The notes beneath the pieces are model-generated. The model was given only the letters and a program-made list of their open reading frames with translations, searched no databases and was not told where the DNA came from. This document shows positions 1 to 9,509 of a stretch of DNA of 33,633 nt, piece by piece; position 1 is the first letter of the stretch; every line of letters starts with the position of its first letter. The stretch spans positions 1-33,633 of the forward strand of contig CAYMQR010000003.1 in the NCBI GenBank assembly GCA_964392195.1, in the 5' to 3' direction. Origin of the DNA: an uncultured bacterium (GTDB lineage: Bacteria > JADJOY01). The translations under genes and the position numbers were made by a program.

Positions 1-233
1 GCAGGCGACGCGAAGTGCAGGATCGCGTCGAGCGGACCCTCGACGTAGAGGTAGTTGGTGACGTCGAGCTTGATGAAGTGGAAGCGCTCGTGACCCAGGA
101 GATGGCCGATGTTGTCCATTTCGCCGGTGAGCAGATTGTCGACGCAGATGACCTCGTGACCATCGGCCAGAAACCGATCGGACAGGTGAGAACCGATGAA
201 GCCCGCGCCGCCCGTGATGAGTACCCGTCCCAT
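1..233 (-). CDS. NAD-dependent epimerase/dehydratase, UDP-glucuronate decarboxylase (UDP-xylose synthase)-like; N-terminal fragment, gene runs off the left edge
   Basis: Not in the ORF track because there is no stop in the window. The reverse complement from ATG at 233..231 reads [77 protein letters not shown]. It has the extended-SDR Rossmann motif [10 protein letters not shown] and a UXS-like layout (DNxxTG, HFASPA). A GAGGAAGGA RBS lies about 9 nt upstream. It sits directly downstream of ugd. Confidence 0.75.
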   Translation of the reverse strand, partial: MGRVLITGGAGFIGSHLSDRFLADGHEVICVDNLLTGEMDNIGHLLGHERFHFIKLDVTNYLYVEGPLDAILHFASP

Positions 234-274
234 GAATCGGTTTCCTTCCTCGGAATCGCGCTCGAGCCCCGCGC

Positions 275-1573
275 TCAGCGACCGATCGAGTGATACGAGA
301 AGCCGAGCGCTCGCATCTCGTCCTTGTTGTACAGGTTACGCCCGTCGAAGATCACCGGCTGCTTCAGGCTGGTGCGGACCCGCTCGAAGTCGGGACGGCG
401 GAACTCGTTCCACTCGGTGATGATCGCCAGCGCGTCGGCGCCGTCGATCGCGGCGTAGTTCGTGTCGCAGAACGTCACGCGGTCACCGAAGTAACGCCGC
501 GCCTCGTGCATCGCCTCGGGGTCGTGGGCGCGCACCGCCGCGCCGGCCTGCAGGAACGCCTCGATGATCGTGACCGCCGGCGCCATCCGCATGTCGTCGG
601 TGCGCGGCTTGAAGCTGAGCCCCCACACCGCGAGCGTGCGTCCCGAGAGGTCGTTGCCGAAGTGGCGCATGACCTTGTCGATGAAGTGCTGGCGCTGGCT
701 CTGGTTGACGCGCTCCACCGCGTCGAGGATCTCCATCTCGACGCCGTGGTCGGCGCCGGTGCGGATGATCGCCTGCACGTCCTTCGGGAAGCACGAACCG
801 CCGTAACCGAGACCGGGGAAGAGGAAGTGCGGACCGATGCGCGAGTCCGAGCCGATCCCCTTCCGCACCTGGGTCACGTCCGCGCCGACGCGCTCGCAGA
901 CCCGCGCGATCTCGTTCATGAAGCTGATCTTGGTCGCGAGCAGCGCGTTGGCGGCGTACTTGGTCATCTCGGCCGACGGGATGTCCATCACCAGGATGGG
1001 CTTGTCGGTGCGGACGAAGGGCGCGTAGAGCTCCTTCATGACCTCGGCGACCTCCGGCTTGTCGGTGCCGATCACCACGCGGTCCGGCTTCATGAAGTCC
1101 TGGATCGCGTCGCCTTCCTTGAGGAACTCGGGGTTCGAGACGACGTCGAACGGGTGGCTGGTCTCGGCGCGGATGGCGGCGCGGACCTCCTCGGCGGTGC
1201 CGACCGGCACGGTCGACTTGTCGACGATGATCTTGTAGCCGTTCATCGTCCGGCCGATCCCGCGCGCCACTTCCAGCACGAAGCGCTTGTCGGCGCGACC
1301 GTCGTCACCCTGCGGCGTGCCGACCGCGATGAAGATCAGGCGGCTCTTCTGCACCCCCGCGGCCAGGTCGGTCGTGAAAGTGAGGCGCCCCTCGGCGCGG
1401 TTGCGCGCCACGAGCTCCGCGAGGCCGGGCTCGTAGATCGGCACCTTGCCGGCGTTGAGCGCTTCGATCTTGGAGGCGTCCTTGTCGACGCACACCACGT
1501 CCCGGCCGCTGTCGGCGAAACACGTCCCCGCGACCAGGCCCACGTAACCCGTACCTACCACGCACACTTCCAC
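275..1573 (-). CDS. ugd: UDP-glucose 6-dehydrogenase
   Basis: 432 aa. The N-terminus [19 protein letters not shown] is an NAD-binding motif. GGSCFPKDV contains the catalytic Cys motif. The overall layout is typical of UDP-glucose/GDP-mannose dehydrogenases. Confidence 0.93.
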   Translation of the reverse strand: MEVCVVGTGYVGLVAGTCFADSGRDVVCVDKDASKIEALNAGKVPIYEPGLAELVARNRAEGRLTFTTDLAAGVQKSRLIFIAVGTPQGDDGRADKRFVLEVARGIGRTMNGYKIIVDKSTVPVGTAEEVRAAIRAETSHPFDVVSNPEFLKEGDAIQDFMKPDRVVIGTDKPEVAEVMKELYAPFVRTDKPILVMDIPSAEMTKYAANALLATKISFMNEIARVCERVGADVTQVRKGIGSDSRIGPHFLFPGLGYGGSCFPKDVQAIIRTGADHGVEMEILDAVERVNQSQRQHFIDKVMRHFGNDLSGRTLAVWGLSFKPRTDDMRMAPAVTIIEAFLQAGAAVRAHDPEAMHEARRYFGDRVTFCDTNYAAIDGADALAIITEWNEFRRPDFERVRTSLKQPVIFDGRNLYNKDEMRALGFSYHSIGR

Positions 1574-1648
1574 GTAACTCTCCTCCCCGCACCGCGCTCG
1601 AAACGCCCGCGACTCCGTCGCGGGTCCCCACCCCGGCGGCGAGCGGCC

Positions 1649-3067
1649 TCAATACGCGTTCTTGTGTCGCAGTCCCTTGATGAAGGTCAGGCCCAGGATA
1701 CGAAGATCGAAGGACAGGGACCAGTTTTCGATGTAGTAGAGATCACACGCGATTCGCTGCTCGAGCGAGGTGTTGCCCCGCCACCCGTTCACCTGGGCCC
1801 AGCCGGTCACGCCGGCCTGCATGCGGTGGCGCAGCATGTATTTCGGGATCTGGTCCTTGAAGCTGTGAATGAACACCGGGCGTTCGGGTCGCGGTCCCAC
1901 CAGGCTCATCTGCCCCCGCAACACGTTGAAGAGCTGCGGAAGCTCGTCGAGGCTCCAGCGCCGCAACCAGCCGCCGAACGAGGTTCGTCGTGGGTCGTCT
2001 TCCGCCGCCCAGACGGGTCCCGTCTCGGCCTCGGCGTCGACGCGCATCGTCCGAAACTTGTACATCCGGAACGTCTGTCCGTCCAGCCCCATGCGTTCCT
2101 GACGGTAGAAGATGGGCCCGGGTGAGCTGATCCGGATCGCCAGCCCGATGAGCAGCATCAGCGGCGCGGCGAACACCAGGACGATCGACGACACCACGAC
2201 GTCGAAGGCGCGCTTGAGGAGTCGGTTCCAGCCGTAGAGCGGCGTCTCCAGGATGTTGACGACCGGGATCCCATCGAAGTCCTCGATTCCGCCGCGCAGG
2301 CTGATGAAGCGGTAGAGGTCGGGGACCACCTTGATGTCGACCATGAACGCGCCCACGGCCTCGAGGACCCGCACGAAGCGGTCGTGTGACTCCATGGGGA
2401 TCGCGACGATGACCTGATCGATGCCGCCGCCCTGGAGGATGCGCGTCACGTCCTCGTAGACGCCGGTGACCGGGATCCCGCGGAGCTGGGTCCCGACCTT
2501 GGACGCGTCCTTGCCGAGGATTCCGACGATGTGCAGGCCCATCTCCGGATGCCGCAGGATGCGATCGATCACCTCGCCGCCGAGGCTGCCGGCGCCCACG
2601 ACCACGACGTGGCGCAGGTTCTGTCCTCGCTTGCGGAGCTGGCGCAGCACCCCGCGGATCACCGAGCGCACCGCCACCACTCCCACCAGCTCGAGGGGCA
2701 GGAAGATCGCGAACACGACGCGCGAGGCCTGGAAGAACTCGCGGAACATCGAGTCGACGATGATCAGACCGCCGACCGCGAGCACCGAGGCTCGCAGCAC
2801 GTTCACGAGCTCGCGCGAGCGGCGCGCGATCCGCTGCGGCTGATAGAGGCCGTGGCTGCGGAACAGCGCGTAGAAGATGGGCAGCACGAACACCAGGAGC
2901 TTGGTGTAGCGCTCGAGCTCGGGGACGCCGTAGCGGATCGGGATCGCGTCGGTGACCAGCGGGCTGAAGAACCGCAGCCAGAAGGACATCAGCCACGCGC
3001 CGGCGATGATCACCAGGTCGCTCACCACCAGCAGGGTGAGGAACAGGTGGCTGTACTTCTTCAGCAT
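1649..3067 (-). CDS. Polyprenyl-phosphate hexose-1-phosphate transferase (WcaJ/PssY-type initiating sugar transferase)
   Basis: The ORF 1649..3430 was trimmed to ATG 3067 (MLKKYSHLFLTLLVVSD...). It has N-terminal TM helices, a central Rossmann-like segment (VVVGAGSLG) and the C-terminal bacterial sugar transferase core (RPERP, DELPQLFNVLRGQMSLVGPRP, DLYYIENWSLSFDLRIL). The ATG overlaps the upstream stop (ATGCTGA). Confidence 0.88.
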   Translation of the reverse strand: MLKKYSHLFLTLLVVSDLVIIAGAWLMSFWLRFFSPLVTDAIPIRYGVPELERYTKLLVFVLPIFYALFRSHGLYQPQRIARRSRELVNVLRASVLAVGGLIIVDSMFREFFQASRVVFAIFLPLELVGVVAVRSVIRGVLRQLRKRGQNLRHVVVVGAGSLGGEVIDRILRHPEMGLHIVGILGKDASKVGTQLRGIPVTGVYEDVTRILQGGGIDQVIVAIPMESHDRFVRVLEAVGAFMVDIKVVPDLYRFISLRGGIEDFDGIPVVNILETPLYGWNRLLKRAFDVVVSSIVLVFAAPLMLLIGLAIRISSPGPIFYRQERMGLDGQTFRMYKFRTMRVDAEAETGPVWAAEDDPRRTSFGGWLRRWSLDELPQLFNVLRGQMSLVGPRPERPVFIHSFKDQIPKYMLRHRMQAGVTGWAQVNGWRGNTSLEQRIACDLYYIENWSLSFDLRILGLTFIKGLRHKNAY

Positions 3068-4239
3068 GACGCGGCCACCCGCGGCGTGTCCGGCGTGCGC
3101 TCCCGTCCCGGGCCGATCATGGACCGGACCAGGGCCGAGAACTCCTCGCGGAACACCTGCGTGGAGAAGCGCTCCGCGTGGCGGCGGATCGCCCGCGGCG
3201 CGAAGGCGTCGCGGCTCGCCTCGAACCGATCGACGGCCTCCCGGAGAGCGTCCGCGGTGAGGGGATCGAAGAGGATGCCGGTCGGCGAGTCGACGCCTGC
3301 GGCGCCCAGGTCGCGGACGGTCTCGAGCAGCCCGCCGCGCGCGTGGCCGATCACCGGGGCCCCCATCGCTTGTGCTTCCACCGGCGCGATGCCGAAGTCC
3401 TCGTCGGCCGGATGGAGGAACGCGCGGCAACGTGCGTAGGCGTCGCGCAGCCGCGCGGCGTCGACCCAGCCGAGGAACGTCACCTCCGGCCCCGCCACGG
3501 TCCGCAGCCGGCGCTCCTCCTGGCCCTTCCCGATCACGACGAGCCGCCGCCCGCTCCCGCGGAAGGCCTCGATCGCCACGTCCACGCCCTTGTAGGGCGC
3601 GAGCGCGGTGACCATGAGGTAAAAGTCCTCGCGCTCGGGCGGCGTCGGGTCCGGTCGGAAGGCGTCGACGTCGACCGGCGGGTAGATCATGCCGGCGTCA
3701 CGACCGTAGATCCGCCGCACGCGCTCCCGCACGTGCTCGGAGATCGCGACGAACTCGGTCACCCGCGCCGCGCTCGCGACGTCCCAGCGCCGCAGGTACG
3801 GGAGCACGCGCGCGGCGGCCCACCGGACGGGCGCGGTCGAGCGCTCTCGCGAGAAGTACTCGCCCTCCAGGTCCCACGCGTAGCGCATCGGCGTGAAGCA
3901 GTAGCAGAGGTGCGGCGTGCCGGTCTCGACGGGGGCGCCCTTGGCGACGCAGTGGCTCAGGCTGATCACGAAGTCGTACCCGCGCAGGTCGAGGTGCTCG
4001 ATCGCGGTCGGGAACAGCGGCAGGAAGTGGCGGTAGAAGCGCCGCCGCCCGGGAAGGTGCTGCAGGAACGACGTGCGGATCGGGTGGGACTCGATCGTCC
4101 GCGACACCTGGCCCGGCTCGTGGAGGAGCGTGAAGATGTCGGCCGACGGGAAGAGCTCGCACACCTGCTCGAGGCACTTCTCCCCACCGCGCATGCCGTT
4201 GAGCCAATCGTGGACCAGGGCGATCTGCACCGGATGCAC
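3061..4239 (-). CDS. Glycosyltransferase family 4 (GT-B, retaining type)
   Basis: The ORF 3061..4803 was trimmed to GTG 4239 (VHPVQIALVHDWLNGMRGGEK...). It carries the EX7E-type motif FLHPADEDFGIAPVEAQAMGAPVIG. The in-frame upstream extension is R/S/P-rich and overlaps the preceding gene. The start is uncertain because there is no clear SD. Confidence 0.8.
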   Translation of the reverse strand: MHPVQIALVHDWLNGMRGGEKCLEQVCELFPSADIFTLLHEPGQVSRTIESHPIRTSFLQHLPGRRRFYRHFLPLFPTAIEHLDLRGYDFVISLSHCVAKGAPVETGTPHLCYCFTPMRYAWDLEGEYFSRERSTAPVRWAAARVLPYLRRWDVASAARVTEFVAISEHVRERVRRIYGRDAGMIYPPVDVDAFRPDPTPPEREDFYLMVTALAPYKGVDVAIEAFRGSGRRLVVIGKGQEERRLRTVAGPEVTFLGWVDAARLRDAYARCRAFLHPADEDFGIAPVEAQAMGAPVIGHARGGLLETVRDLGAAGVDSPTGILFDPLTADALREAVDRFEASRDAFAPRAIRRHAERFSTQVFREEFSALVRSMIGPGRERTPDTPRVAASC

Positions 4240-4308
4240 CCGTAGCGGGATCGATTCCCAGGCGGCACCCGAGACCGAGCGGCGGCTGGTTGTGTGGCGC
4301 CGGCGTCC

Positions 4309-4358
4309 CCGGTGGCTCGCCACCGGCCACCGGCAGGCCCGGGAGACGGGGGCCGGTG
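4309..4358 (-). promoter_or_regulatory. Two adjacent GC-rich hairpins with interchangeable arms inside the only large intercistronic gap (4240-4453) of the GT operon
   Basis: Hairpin A: CCGGTGG (4309-4315) / loop CTCG / CCACCGG (4320-4326). Hairpin B: CACCGGC (4328-4334) ... GCCGGTG (4352-4358), with an inner CCCG/CGGG helix. The arms are near-identical, so alternative pairings (1:3, 2:4) are possible. Function unknown. Confidence 0.3.
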
Positions 4359-4453
4359 CGCAGCGCGCGAGCTGGAGACCCTTTGCGTTGGGCTCGCGGC
4401 GTGCCGAGGTTGGAGTAGCACTACCGATGGGGGGCGTCAACCGAGTGGCACCC

Positions 4454-5578
4454 CTAGGGATTGATCGCGGCGCGATAGACGTCGGCCGCATGCCGCGCCG
4501 CGGCATCCCAGCCGAAGGCCTCCGCCCGGGCACGCCCCAGTGCCGCGCGCGCGAGGCGCTCGGTGATGCTCCAGCTCGCGACGGCCCCGAGCGCACGCGC
4601 GAGTTCGTCCGGATCGCCGCCGTCGACGTAGACCGCCGCGTCGCCGAGGACCTCCGGCTGTGCCCCGCGCCGGCTCGCCACCACCGGCGTGCCATGAGCG
4701 AGCGCCTCGAGCGGAGGTAGGCCGAATCCCTCCTCCCAGGCCGGTGCCGCCAGCACCGCAGCCCCGCCGAGTAGCGCGGCCTGCGCCGAGTCGGGGAACC
4801 CACCGAGGAACCGGACCCGGCGCTTCAGCCCCGCGGCGGAGACCTGATCCTCGAGTCGACGGCGATGGCGTTCCTCGTTCCTCCACTGCCCGGCGATCCA
4901 GAGCTCGAGTCCGGTCTCGGGAGTCAGGCGGCGGAAGCTCGCCACCAGCGTGTCCACGTTCTTGTGCGGCTTGAGCGATCCCACGTAGAGGACGTAACGG
5001 CGGCCGGTGCGCGGCGGCTCGGGGGGCGATGCCGGAAGCTCCACGCCGTTCGGGACGATGGCGATCCGCGAGCGCGGCACGCCGAGCCAGACGCCGAGGT
5101 CACGCGCGCTCGCCTCCGACACGGTCAGCACCGTTCGCGCCTGACGGCAGGCCGAGCGCATCACCGTGCGGGCGTAGAGGCGGTGGAGCGGCGTGGCGGG
5201 ACGCTTGAGGTGGATGACGTCGTGGATCGTCACCAGGGCGGGACACGGCATCGCCGGCGGCAGAACGTAGTGAGGAGCGTGGAAGAGGTCGGCGCCGAGC
5301 CTGCGCGCGACCGCTCGCAGGGACCGCATCTGAGCGAGGCCGTACTTCGCGCTCGGCTCGTCGACGAAGGCGAACGCTCCCGGCTCGAATCCGTGCGCGA
5401 CGAGCTTCTCACCCTCGCCCGGCTGGACCACCAAGCTGAAGCGCCACCGGGGAAGCTCGCCGGGAAGGCGCCGGACGATCTCCCGGACGTGGCGGCCGAT
5501 GCCTCCGTCGAAGGCCTTCCGCGCGTCTACCAGGACGTGGGGACCGCCATGGCTCGCGTGCTCGCCCCGGGTGCTCAC
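4454..5578 (-). CDS. Glycosyltransferase family 4
   Basis: The ORF 4454..5728 was trimmed to GTG 5578, which forms a GTGA overlap with the upstream stop at 5575-5577. Motifs seen: ...PHVLVDARKAFDGGIGRH..., VSEASARDL and EEGFGLPPLEALAHGTPVVAS (EX7E). Confidence 0.82.
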   Translation of the reverse strand: MSTRGEHASHGGPHVLVDARKAFDGGIGRHVREIVRRLPGELPRWRFSLVVQPGEGEKLVAHGFEPGAFAFVDEPSAKYGLAQMRSLRAVARRLGADLFHAPHYVLPPAMPCPALVTIHDVIHLKRPATPLHRLYARTVMRSACRQARTVLTVSEASARDLGVWLGVPRSRIAIVPNGVELPASPPEPPRTGRRYVLYVGSLKPHKNVDTLVASFRRLTPETGLELWIAGQWRNEERHRRRLEDQVSAAGLKRRVRFLGGFPDSAQAALLGGAAVLAAPAWEEGFGLPPLEALAHGTPVVASRRGAQPEVLGDAAVYVDGGDPDELARALGAVASWSITERLARAALGRARAEAFGWDAAARHAADVYRAAINP

Positions 5579-6717
5579 GCGCACGCTCCGGCCGGAGCCA
5601 GTACCCGGCGATGGACCTCGCGGGTGGCGACCGCGCAGCGGCGCCACGAGAATGCCTCCGCGCGCGCCAGCCCGCGCTCCCCGAGCTGCACACGGTCCGC
5701 CGGCGATTCGAGGAGGCGACGGGCGCATGCGGCGAGCGCCCCTTGCTGACCGGGCTCGGCGAAGCAGACCGCGCCGTCGGCCACCTCGGCGACGGCGGGC
5801 AGTCGGTACGCGACGACGGGAGTCCCTCGCGCCATGGCCTCCAGGATCGTGAGGCCGAAGCCCTCCTCCAGCGATGGATGGACGAGTAGCGCGGCTTGCC
5901 GGTAGAGCCCGTCGAGCTCGGCCTCGGTCACGTGACCACGCCAGCTCACCTGTCCGGCGATCCCGAGCGCCGCCGCCGCGAGGCGCAGCGGCTCCACGAA
6001 GCGTGGATCGTGGTCACCGCACAGCACCAGCGGGTGCGCGCGCCGGAGCGGCTCCGGGAGGCCGGCGTACTCGTCGAGCCAGCCGGCCACGTTCTTGTAC
6101 GGATCGAGACGGCCGACGTAGAGGATCGGGCCCCGGGCCCGGGCGTCCGCGAGGTTCGGCGCGCCGCCGCGCGGCAGGTCGACCCCGTTCGCGACCACGT
6201 CGACGGACACGGTCACGCAGGGATCCTCGCGCAGCTCGTCGCGGGTGGCGTTCGACACGGCGACGACGCGGTCGAGGCGGCCCAGGATCACGTGGAGCGG
6301 TAGCCGCGTCGCGAAGAACGCCCGCCACGGCAGCCGCGCGCCAGGTTCCCGTCCGCGCGCCCGCCACGGGATCAGGTCGTGGATCGTGGCGACCGTGCGA
6401 TAGGGGCCGTGAAGCGGCGACGTCAGCACGTGCGGGACGTGCAGCAGATCGACGCCGAGGGTCCGGACCCAGCGCGGGAACGACAGGAAGTCGCGGGCGC
6501 CGAGAAGCGGCACGGGCGAGACCCAGCCGACCGCGGCGGGCTGCAAGCCGCACTCGGCGGCCAGCTCGTCGCGCACCTCGTCGCAGCCGACGGCGAGCCG
6601 ATACCGCTCGCCACCGTCGAGGGCGAGGAGCTCGCGCGCCAGTGAGCGGGTGTATCGCCCGACGCCGTCCGGGCGCCCCGGCCGGATCCAGCGCGCGTCG
6701 AGCGCGATCGTCGTCAT
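5575..6717 (-). CDS. Glycosyltransferase family 4
   Basis: The ORF 5575..6786 was trimmed to ATG 6717 (MTTIALDARWIRPGRPDGVGRYTRSLA...), which forms an ATGA overlap with the upstream stop at 6714-6716. It carries EEGFGLTILEAMARGTPVVAY. Confidence 0.85.
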   Translation of the reverse strand: MTTIALDARWIRPGRPDGVGRYTRSLARELLALDGGERYRLAVGCDEVRDELAAECGLQPAAVGWVSPVPLLGARDFLSFPRWVRTLGVDLLHVPHVLTSPLHGPYRTVATIHDLIPWRARGREPGARLPWRAFFATRLPLHVILGRLDRVVAVSNATRDELREDPCVTVSVDVVANGVDLPRGGAPNLADARARGPILYVGRLDPYKNVAGWLDEYAGLPEPLRRAHPLVLCGDHDPRFVEPLRLAAAALGIAGQVSWRGHVTEAELDGLYRQAALLVHPSLEEGFGLTILEAMARGTPVVAYRLPAVAEVADGAVCFAEPGQQGALAACARRLLESPADRVQLGERGLARAEAFSWRRCAVATREVHRRVLAPAGACA

Positions 6718-7844
6718 CCCCGCACCCGGTTGAAGAGATCGAGGTAGAGGTCTACCCAGCGCCGCGCCGCGCTCGCCTCGGTCCACCGGGCGGCGCGCGC
6801 CGTGCCCCGGGCACCGAGCTCACGCGCCAGGTCGGGGGCGGCCAGCAGCTGTTCGATCGCCGCCGCGATGTCGGTGGTCGAGAGCGGGTCGACGTAGATC
6901 GCCGCGTCGCCTCCGACCTCCGGGAGCGCGCCGGCGCGTGACGCGATCACCGCCGTCCCGCACGCCATCGCTTCCAGCACCGGCAGCCCGAAGCCCTCGG
7001 TCAGCGACGGGAACGCGAGCGCGCGTGCGTCCTGCAGGAGCTCGATCAGATCGCTCTCCGGCACGCGCCCCGTCATGCGCACGTCGCCCGTCAGGCCGAG
7101 GGATGCGACGTGCTGCGCGAGCCCCTCGGTCTGCCAGCCGCTCGGCCCCACGATGGCGAGCTGGCAGGCGCCGGGCCGCGCCGCCACCACCTGCGCGAAA
7201 GCCGCGAGCAGCCGGTCGAGGTTCTTCTTCGGCTCGCGCACTCCGACGAAGACGAAGTACGGATCCCGGAGCCCGTGCCGCGCCGCCGCGCGTTGCGCGG
7301 TCGGCGCGATCCCCGCCCGATCCCTCGGCCGGAACGCGGCGTCCACCCAGTTCGGCACCACCTCGATCCGCGACGCGTCGAGGCCGAACGCCCGCTGGAG
7401 ATCGGCGCGCGTGTGCTCCGACACCGCGACCACCTGGTCCGCCGCCTTGAGCGCGGGGCCGGTGAAGAGCCTGAAGAACAGGCGGTGCTTCCACGGAACG
7501 GTGCCCGGCAGGTGCAGCGGCACCAGATCGTGGACCGTCAGGACCCGGAGCCCCGGGAACGCGAGCGGGAGCTCGAAGTTGGCGACGGCGTGGTAGAGGT
7601 CGATCCGGTCGCGGCGCAGGACGGCCGGGAGCCGCAGGTTGGTCCAGGCGATGCGGCTCTGGCCCGGGACGACAGCCACGCGGAAGTTCGCGGGGAGCGC
7701 CGTCGGCCCGACCTCCCGGTCGACGTACAGCACGTACTCGTTCCCGGCGTCGTGCCGCGCAAGCGCCCCGACGAGGCGTCGCGTATGGATGCCGAGCCCC
7801 GTCGAGTCGCCGAAGCCGAGCCGCGCGTCGATCCCGATCCGCAT
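6714..7844 (-). CDS. Glycosyltransferase family 4
   Basis: 376 aa. Motifs seen: MRIGIDARLGFGDSTGLGIHTRRL..., VSEHTRADL and TEGFGLPVLEAMACGTAVIAS. It is a paralogue of the two preceding GT4 genes. Confidence 0.87.
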   Translation of the reverse strand: MRIGIDARLGFGDSTGLGIHTRRLVGALARHDAGNEYVLYVDREVGPTALPANFRVAVVPGQSRIAWTNLRLPAVLRRDRIDLYHAVANFELPLAFPGLRVLTVHDLVPLHLPGTVPWKHRLFFRLFTGPALKAADQVVAVSEHTRADLQRAFGLDASRIEVVPNWVDAAFRPRDRAGIAPTAQRAAARHGLRDPYFVFVGVREPKKNLDRLLAAFAQVVAARPGACQLAIVGPSGWQTEGLAQHVASLGLTGDVRMTGRVPESDLIELLQDARALAFPSLTEGFGLPVLEAMACGTAVIASRAGALPEVGGDAAIYVDPLSTTDIAAAIEQLLAAPDLARELGARGTARAARWTEASAARRWVDLYLDLFNRVRG

Positions 7845-7860
7845 GGGAGCGGCCGCTCGT

Positions 7861-8871
7861 TCAGCCGTTCACGACCGGCGCGCGCGACTCGACGACCTCC
7901 TTCACGTAGTAGATCGGCTTCGACTGCGACTCGTGGTAGGTGCGTGCGAGCATCTCGGCGACCAGGCCCATGCTGATGAACTGGACACCGACCAGGATCA
8001 GCATCACGAACAGCAACAGGATCGGCCGGTTCGACAGGCTCACGCCCCACAGCATCCGCTGCAGCGAGAGCCACGCGGCGCCGAGGAACCCGACACCGCC
8101 GCACACCATCCCGAGCAAGCCGAAGATCTGGATCGGCTTGGTCGAGTACGACTCCATGAACTTCACGGTGATGAGGTCCAGCAGCACGCGGATGGTGCGG
8201 CCGATGCCGTACTTCGAGACGCCCGCCCGGCGCGCACGATGGTTGACCGGCACCTCGTGCACCGCGACTCCCATCCAGTTGGCGACGGCGGGGATGAAGC
8301 GGTGCAGCTCGCCGTAGAGCCGGATCTGCTGGACCACGTCGGCGCGGAACGCCTTGAGCGTGCAGCCGTAGTCGTGGAGGCTCACCCCGGTCACCGCCGA
8401 GATGAGCCGATTCGCGATCATCGAGGGCAGTCGCCGGCTCAGGAACGGATCCTTGCGGTCCATGCGCCATCCCGCGACGATGTCGTAGCCCTGCTCGATG
8501 CCGGCGAGCAGCTTCGGGACGTCGCGCGGGTCGTTCTGGAGGTCGGCGTCCATGGTGATGATCACCTGGCCGCGTGCGTGATCGAACCCCGCGCTGAGCG
8601 CGGCCGTTTGGCCGAAGTTGCGCCGCAGCAGCACCACCCGAGCCTCGGGACGGCTTGCCGCGATCTTGCGGAGCGCGTCGGCCGTGCCGTCTCGCGATCC
8701 GTCGTCGACCAGGATCACCTCGAACGACTTGCCGAGTGGCTCGAGCGCGCCCCACACGTCCGCGGCGAGCGCGTCGACGTTCTCGATCTCGTTGTACACG
8801 GGGATCACCACCGAGATCTCGGGGCGCACCGGACCTTCGTTCGTCGCGGCTGCGACAGGCGTCGACTTCAT
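7861..8871 (-). CDS. GT2 polyprenyl-phosphate glycosyltransferase (GtrB/ArnC/DPM-synthase-like)
   Basis: Motifs seen: ISVVIPVYNE, ILVDDGSRDGT, NFGQTAAL and the DAD motif in ITMDADLQNDP. Two C-terminal TM helices are present (IQIFGLLGMVCGGVGFLGAAWL, ILLLFVMLILVGVQFISMGLV). The start was set at ATG 8871 (MKSTPV...), which forms an ATGA overlap with the upstream stop. ORF-track start 8901 is the alternative. Confidence 0.85.
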   Translation of the reverse strand: MKSTPVAAATNEGPVRPEISVVIPVYNEIENVDALAADVWGALEPLGKSFEVILVDDGSRDGTADALRKIAASRPEARVVLLRRNFGQTAALSAGFDHARGQVIITMDADLQNDPRDVPKLLAGIEQGYDIVAGWRMDRKDPFLSRRLPSMIANRLISAVTGVSLHDYGCTLKAFRADVVQQIRLYGELHRFIPAVANWMGVAVHEVPVNHRARRAGVSKYGIGRTIRVLLDLITVKFMESYSTKPIQIFGLLGMVCGGVGFLGAAWLSLQRMLWGVSLSNRPILLLFVMLILVGVQFISMGLVAEMLARTYHESQSKPIYYVKEVVESRAPVVNG

Positions 8872-9437
8872 CGGCTCGAACCTCCCCTCACCCTTCGCCA
8901 CGGTCCTGGCGGGAGCTCAGGACGACCTGCACGGATCCAGGCGCCCAGCACAAGCGGCACCACGAGCGCCACCTCGACCAGCAGCAGCCAACCCGAGTGT
9001 GCGACCCAGTCCAACGTCAGCGGCCACGCGCGCGACACCGCCGGCACGACCCAGAGCGGCGCGGAGAACCGATGCTCCGAGAGCGGCCACGCGAGAGGAA
9101 GCCCGCGCCGTGTCCCCGGGTCGTGAGTCAGCCAGTCGAGCACCAGATGGCTGAGGAACGCGCCCGTGACGAGCGCGACGTCGTGGACCCCCACCGGCCG
9201 ACGTCTCGAGATCACCCGGAGGACCAGCGCAGACGCCGCCAGCATCACGAAGACCGAGTGACTCGGTCCATGATGGAATCGGGCCGGCGAGCCGACCAGG
9301 AGCCCGGGAAGAAAATCGAGATCGGCCGACGCGGCCGCGGACGCACCCAGCGCCACACGGGCCCACGTCGGCGCCGGGCCGCCAGCCGTGAACGCCCAAG
9401 CGATGCCGATGGCCAAGTGACCGAGCGGAGTGGACAT
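8868..9437 (-). CDS. YdjM-like membrane-bound metal-dependent hydrolase (DUF457 family)
   Basis: 189 aa and polytopic. It has the N-terminal MSTPLGHLAIG motif, a HHGPSHS motif and HLVLDWLTHD His-rich motifs typical of the YdjM family. Confidence 0.55.
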   Translation of the reverse strand: MSTPLGHLAIGIAWAFTAGGPAPTWARVALGASAAASADLDFLPGLLVGSPARFHHGPSHSVFVMLAASALVLRVISRRRPVGVHDVALVTGAFLSHLVLDWLTHDPGTRRGLPLAWPLSEHRFSAPLWVVPAVSRAWPLTLDWVAHSGWLLLVEVALVVPLVLGAWIRAGRPELPPGPWRRVRGGSSR

Positions 9438-9474
9438 GACGGTCGTTGCGGGTGTGCCGGGGAAGCCGAGCCGA

Positions 9475-9495
9475 GCGCGGCGAAACCGGCCGCGC
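9475..9495 (-). other. Intercistronic GC hairpin between the flippase-like gene and the YdjM-like gene
   Basis: GCGCGGC (9475-9481) / 7-nt loop / GCCGCGC (9489-9495). It lies within the 72-nt gap. Confidence 0.25.
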
Positions 9496-9509
9496 GGCAG
9501 GCTGCGCGT

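Noticed and set aside
290-2125. 611-aa plus-strand ORF
   Set aside because: It lies antisense to ugd and the phosphotransferase, both of which have strong family motifs. Its translation is R/D/H/V/G-rich with no recognisable domain. This is the shadow ORF expected in very GC-rich DNA.
3068-3430. Long N-terminal extensions offered by the ORF track. Examples are 1649..3430, 3061..4803, 4454..5728, 5575..6786, 14917..16140, 27381..28286, 30822..31229, 18502..19998, 20757..21842 and 11444..13183
   Set aside because: The extensions overlap the neighbouring gene, are R/P/G-rich, and precede internal starts that either have good RBSs or form 4-nt start/stop overlaps. The homologous domain always begins at the internal start.
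4434-4451. Promoter-like hexamers in the GT operon gap: TTGACG on the minus strand (4439-4434) and TGGCAC on the plus strand (4446-4451)
   Set aside because: TTGACG is followed at 17 nt by TACTCC, a poor -10. The TGGCAC lacks a TTGC element at the sigma-54 spacing and faces away from the genes. No confident promoter call is possible.
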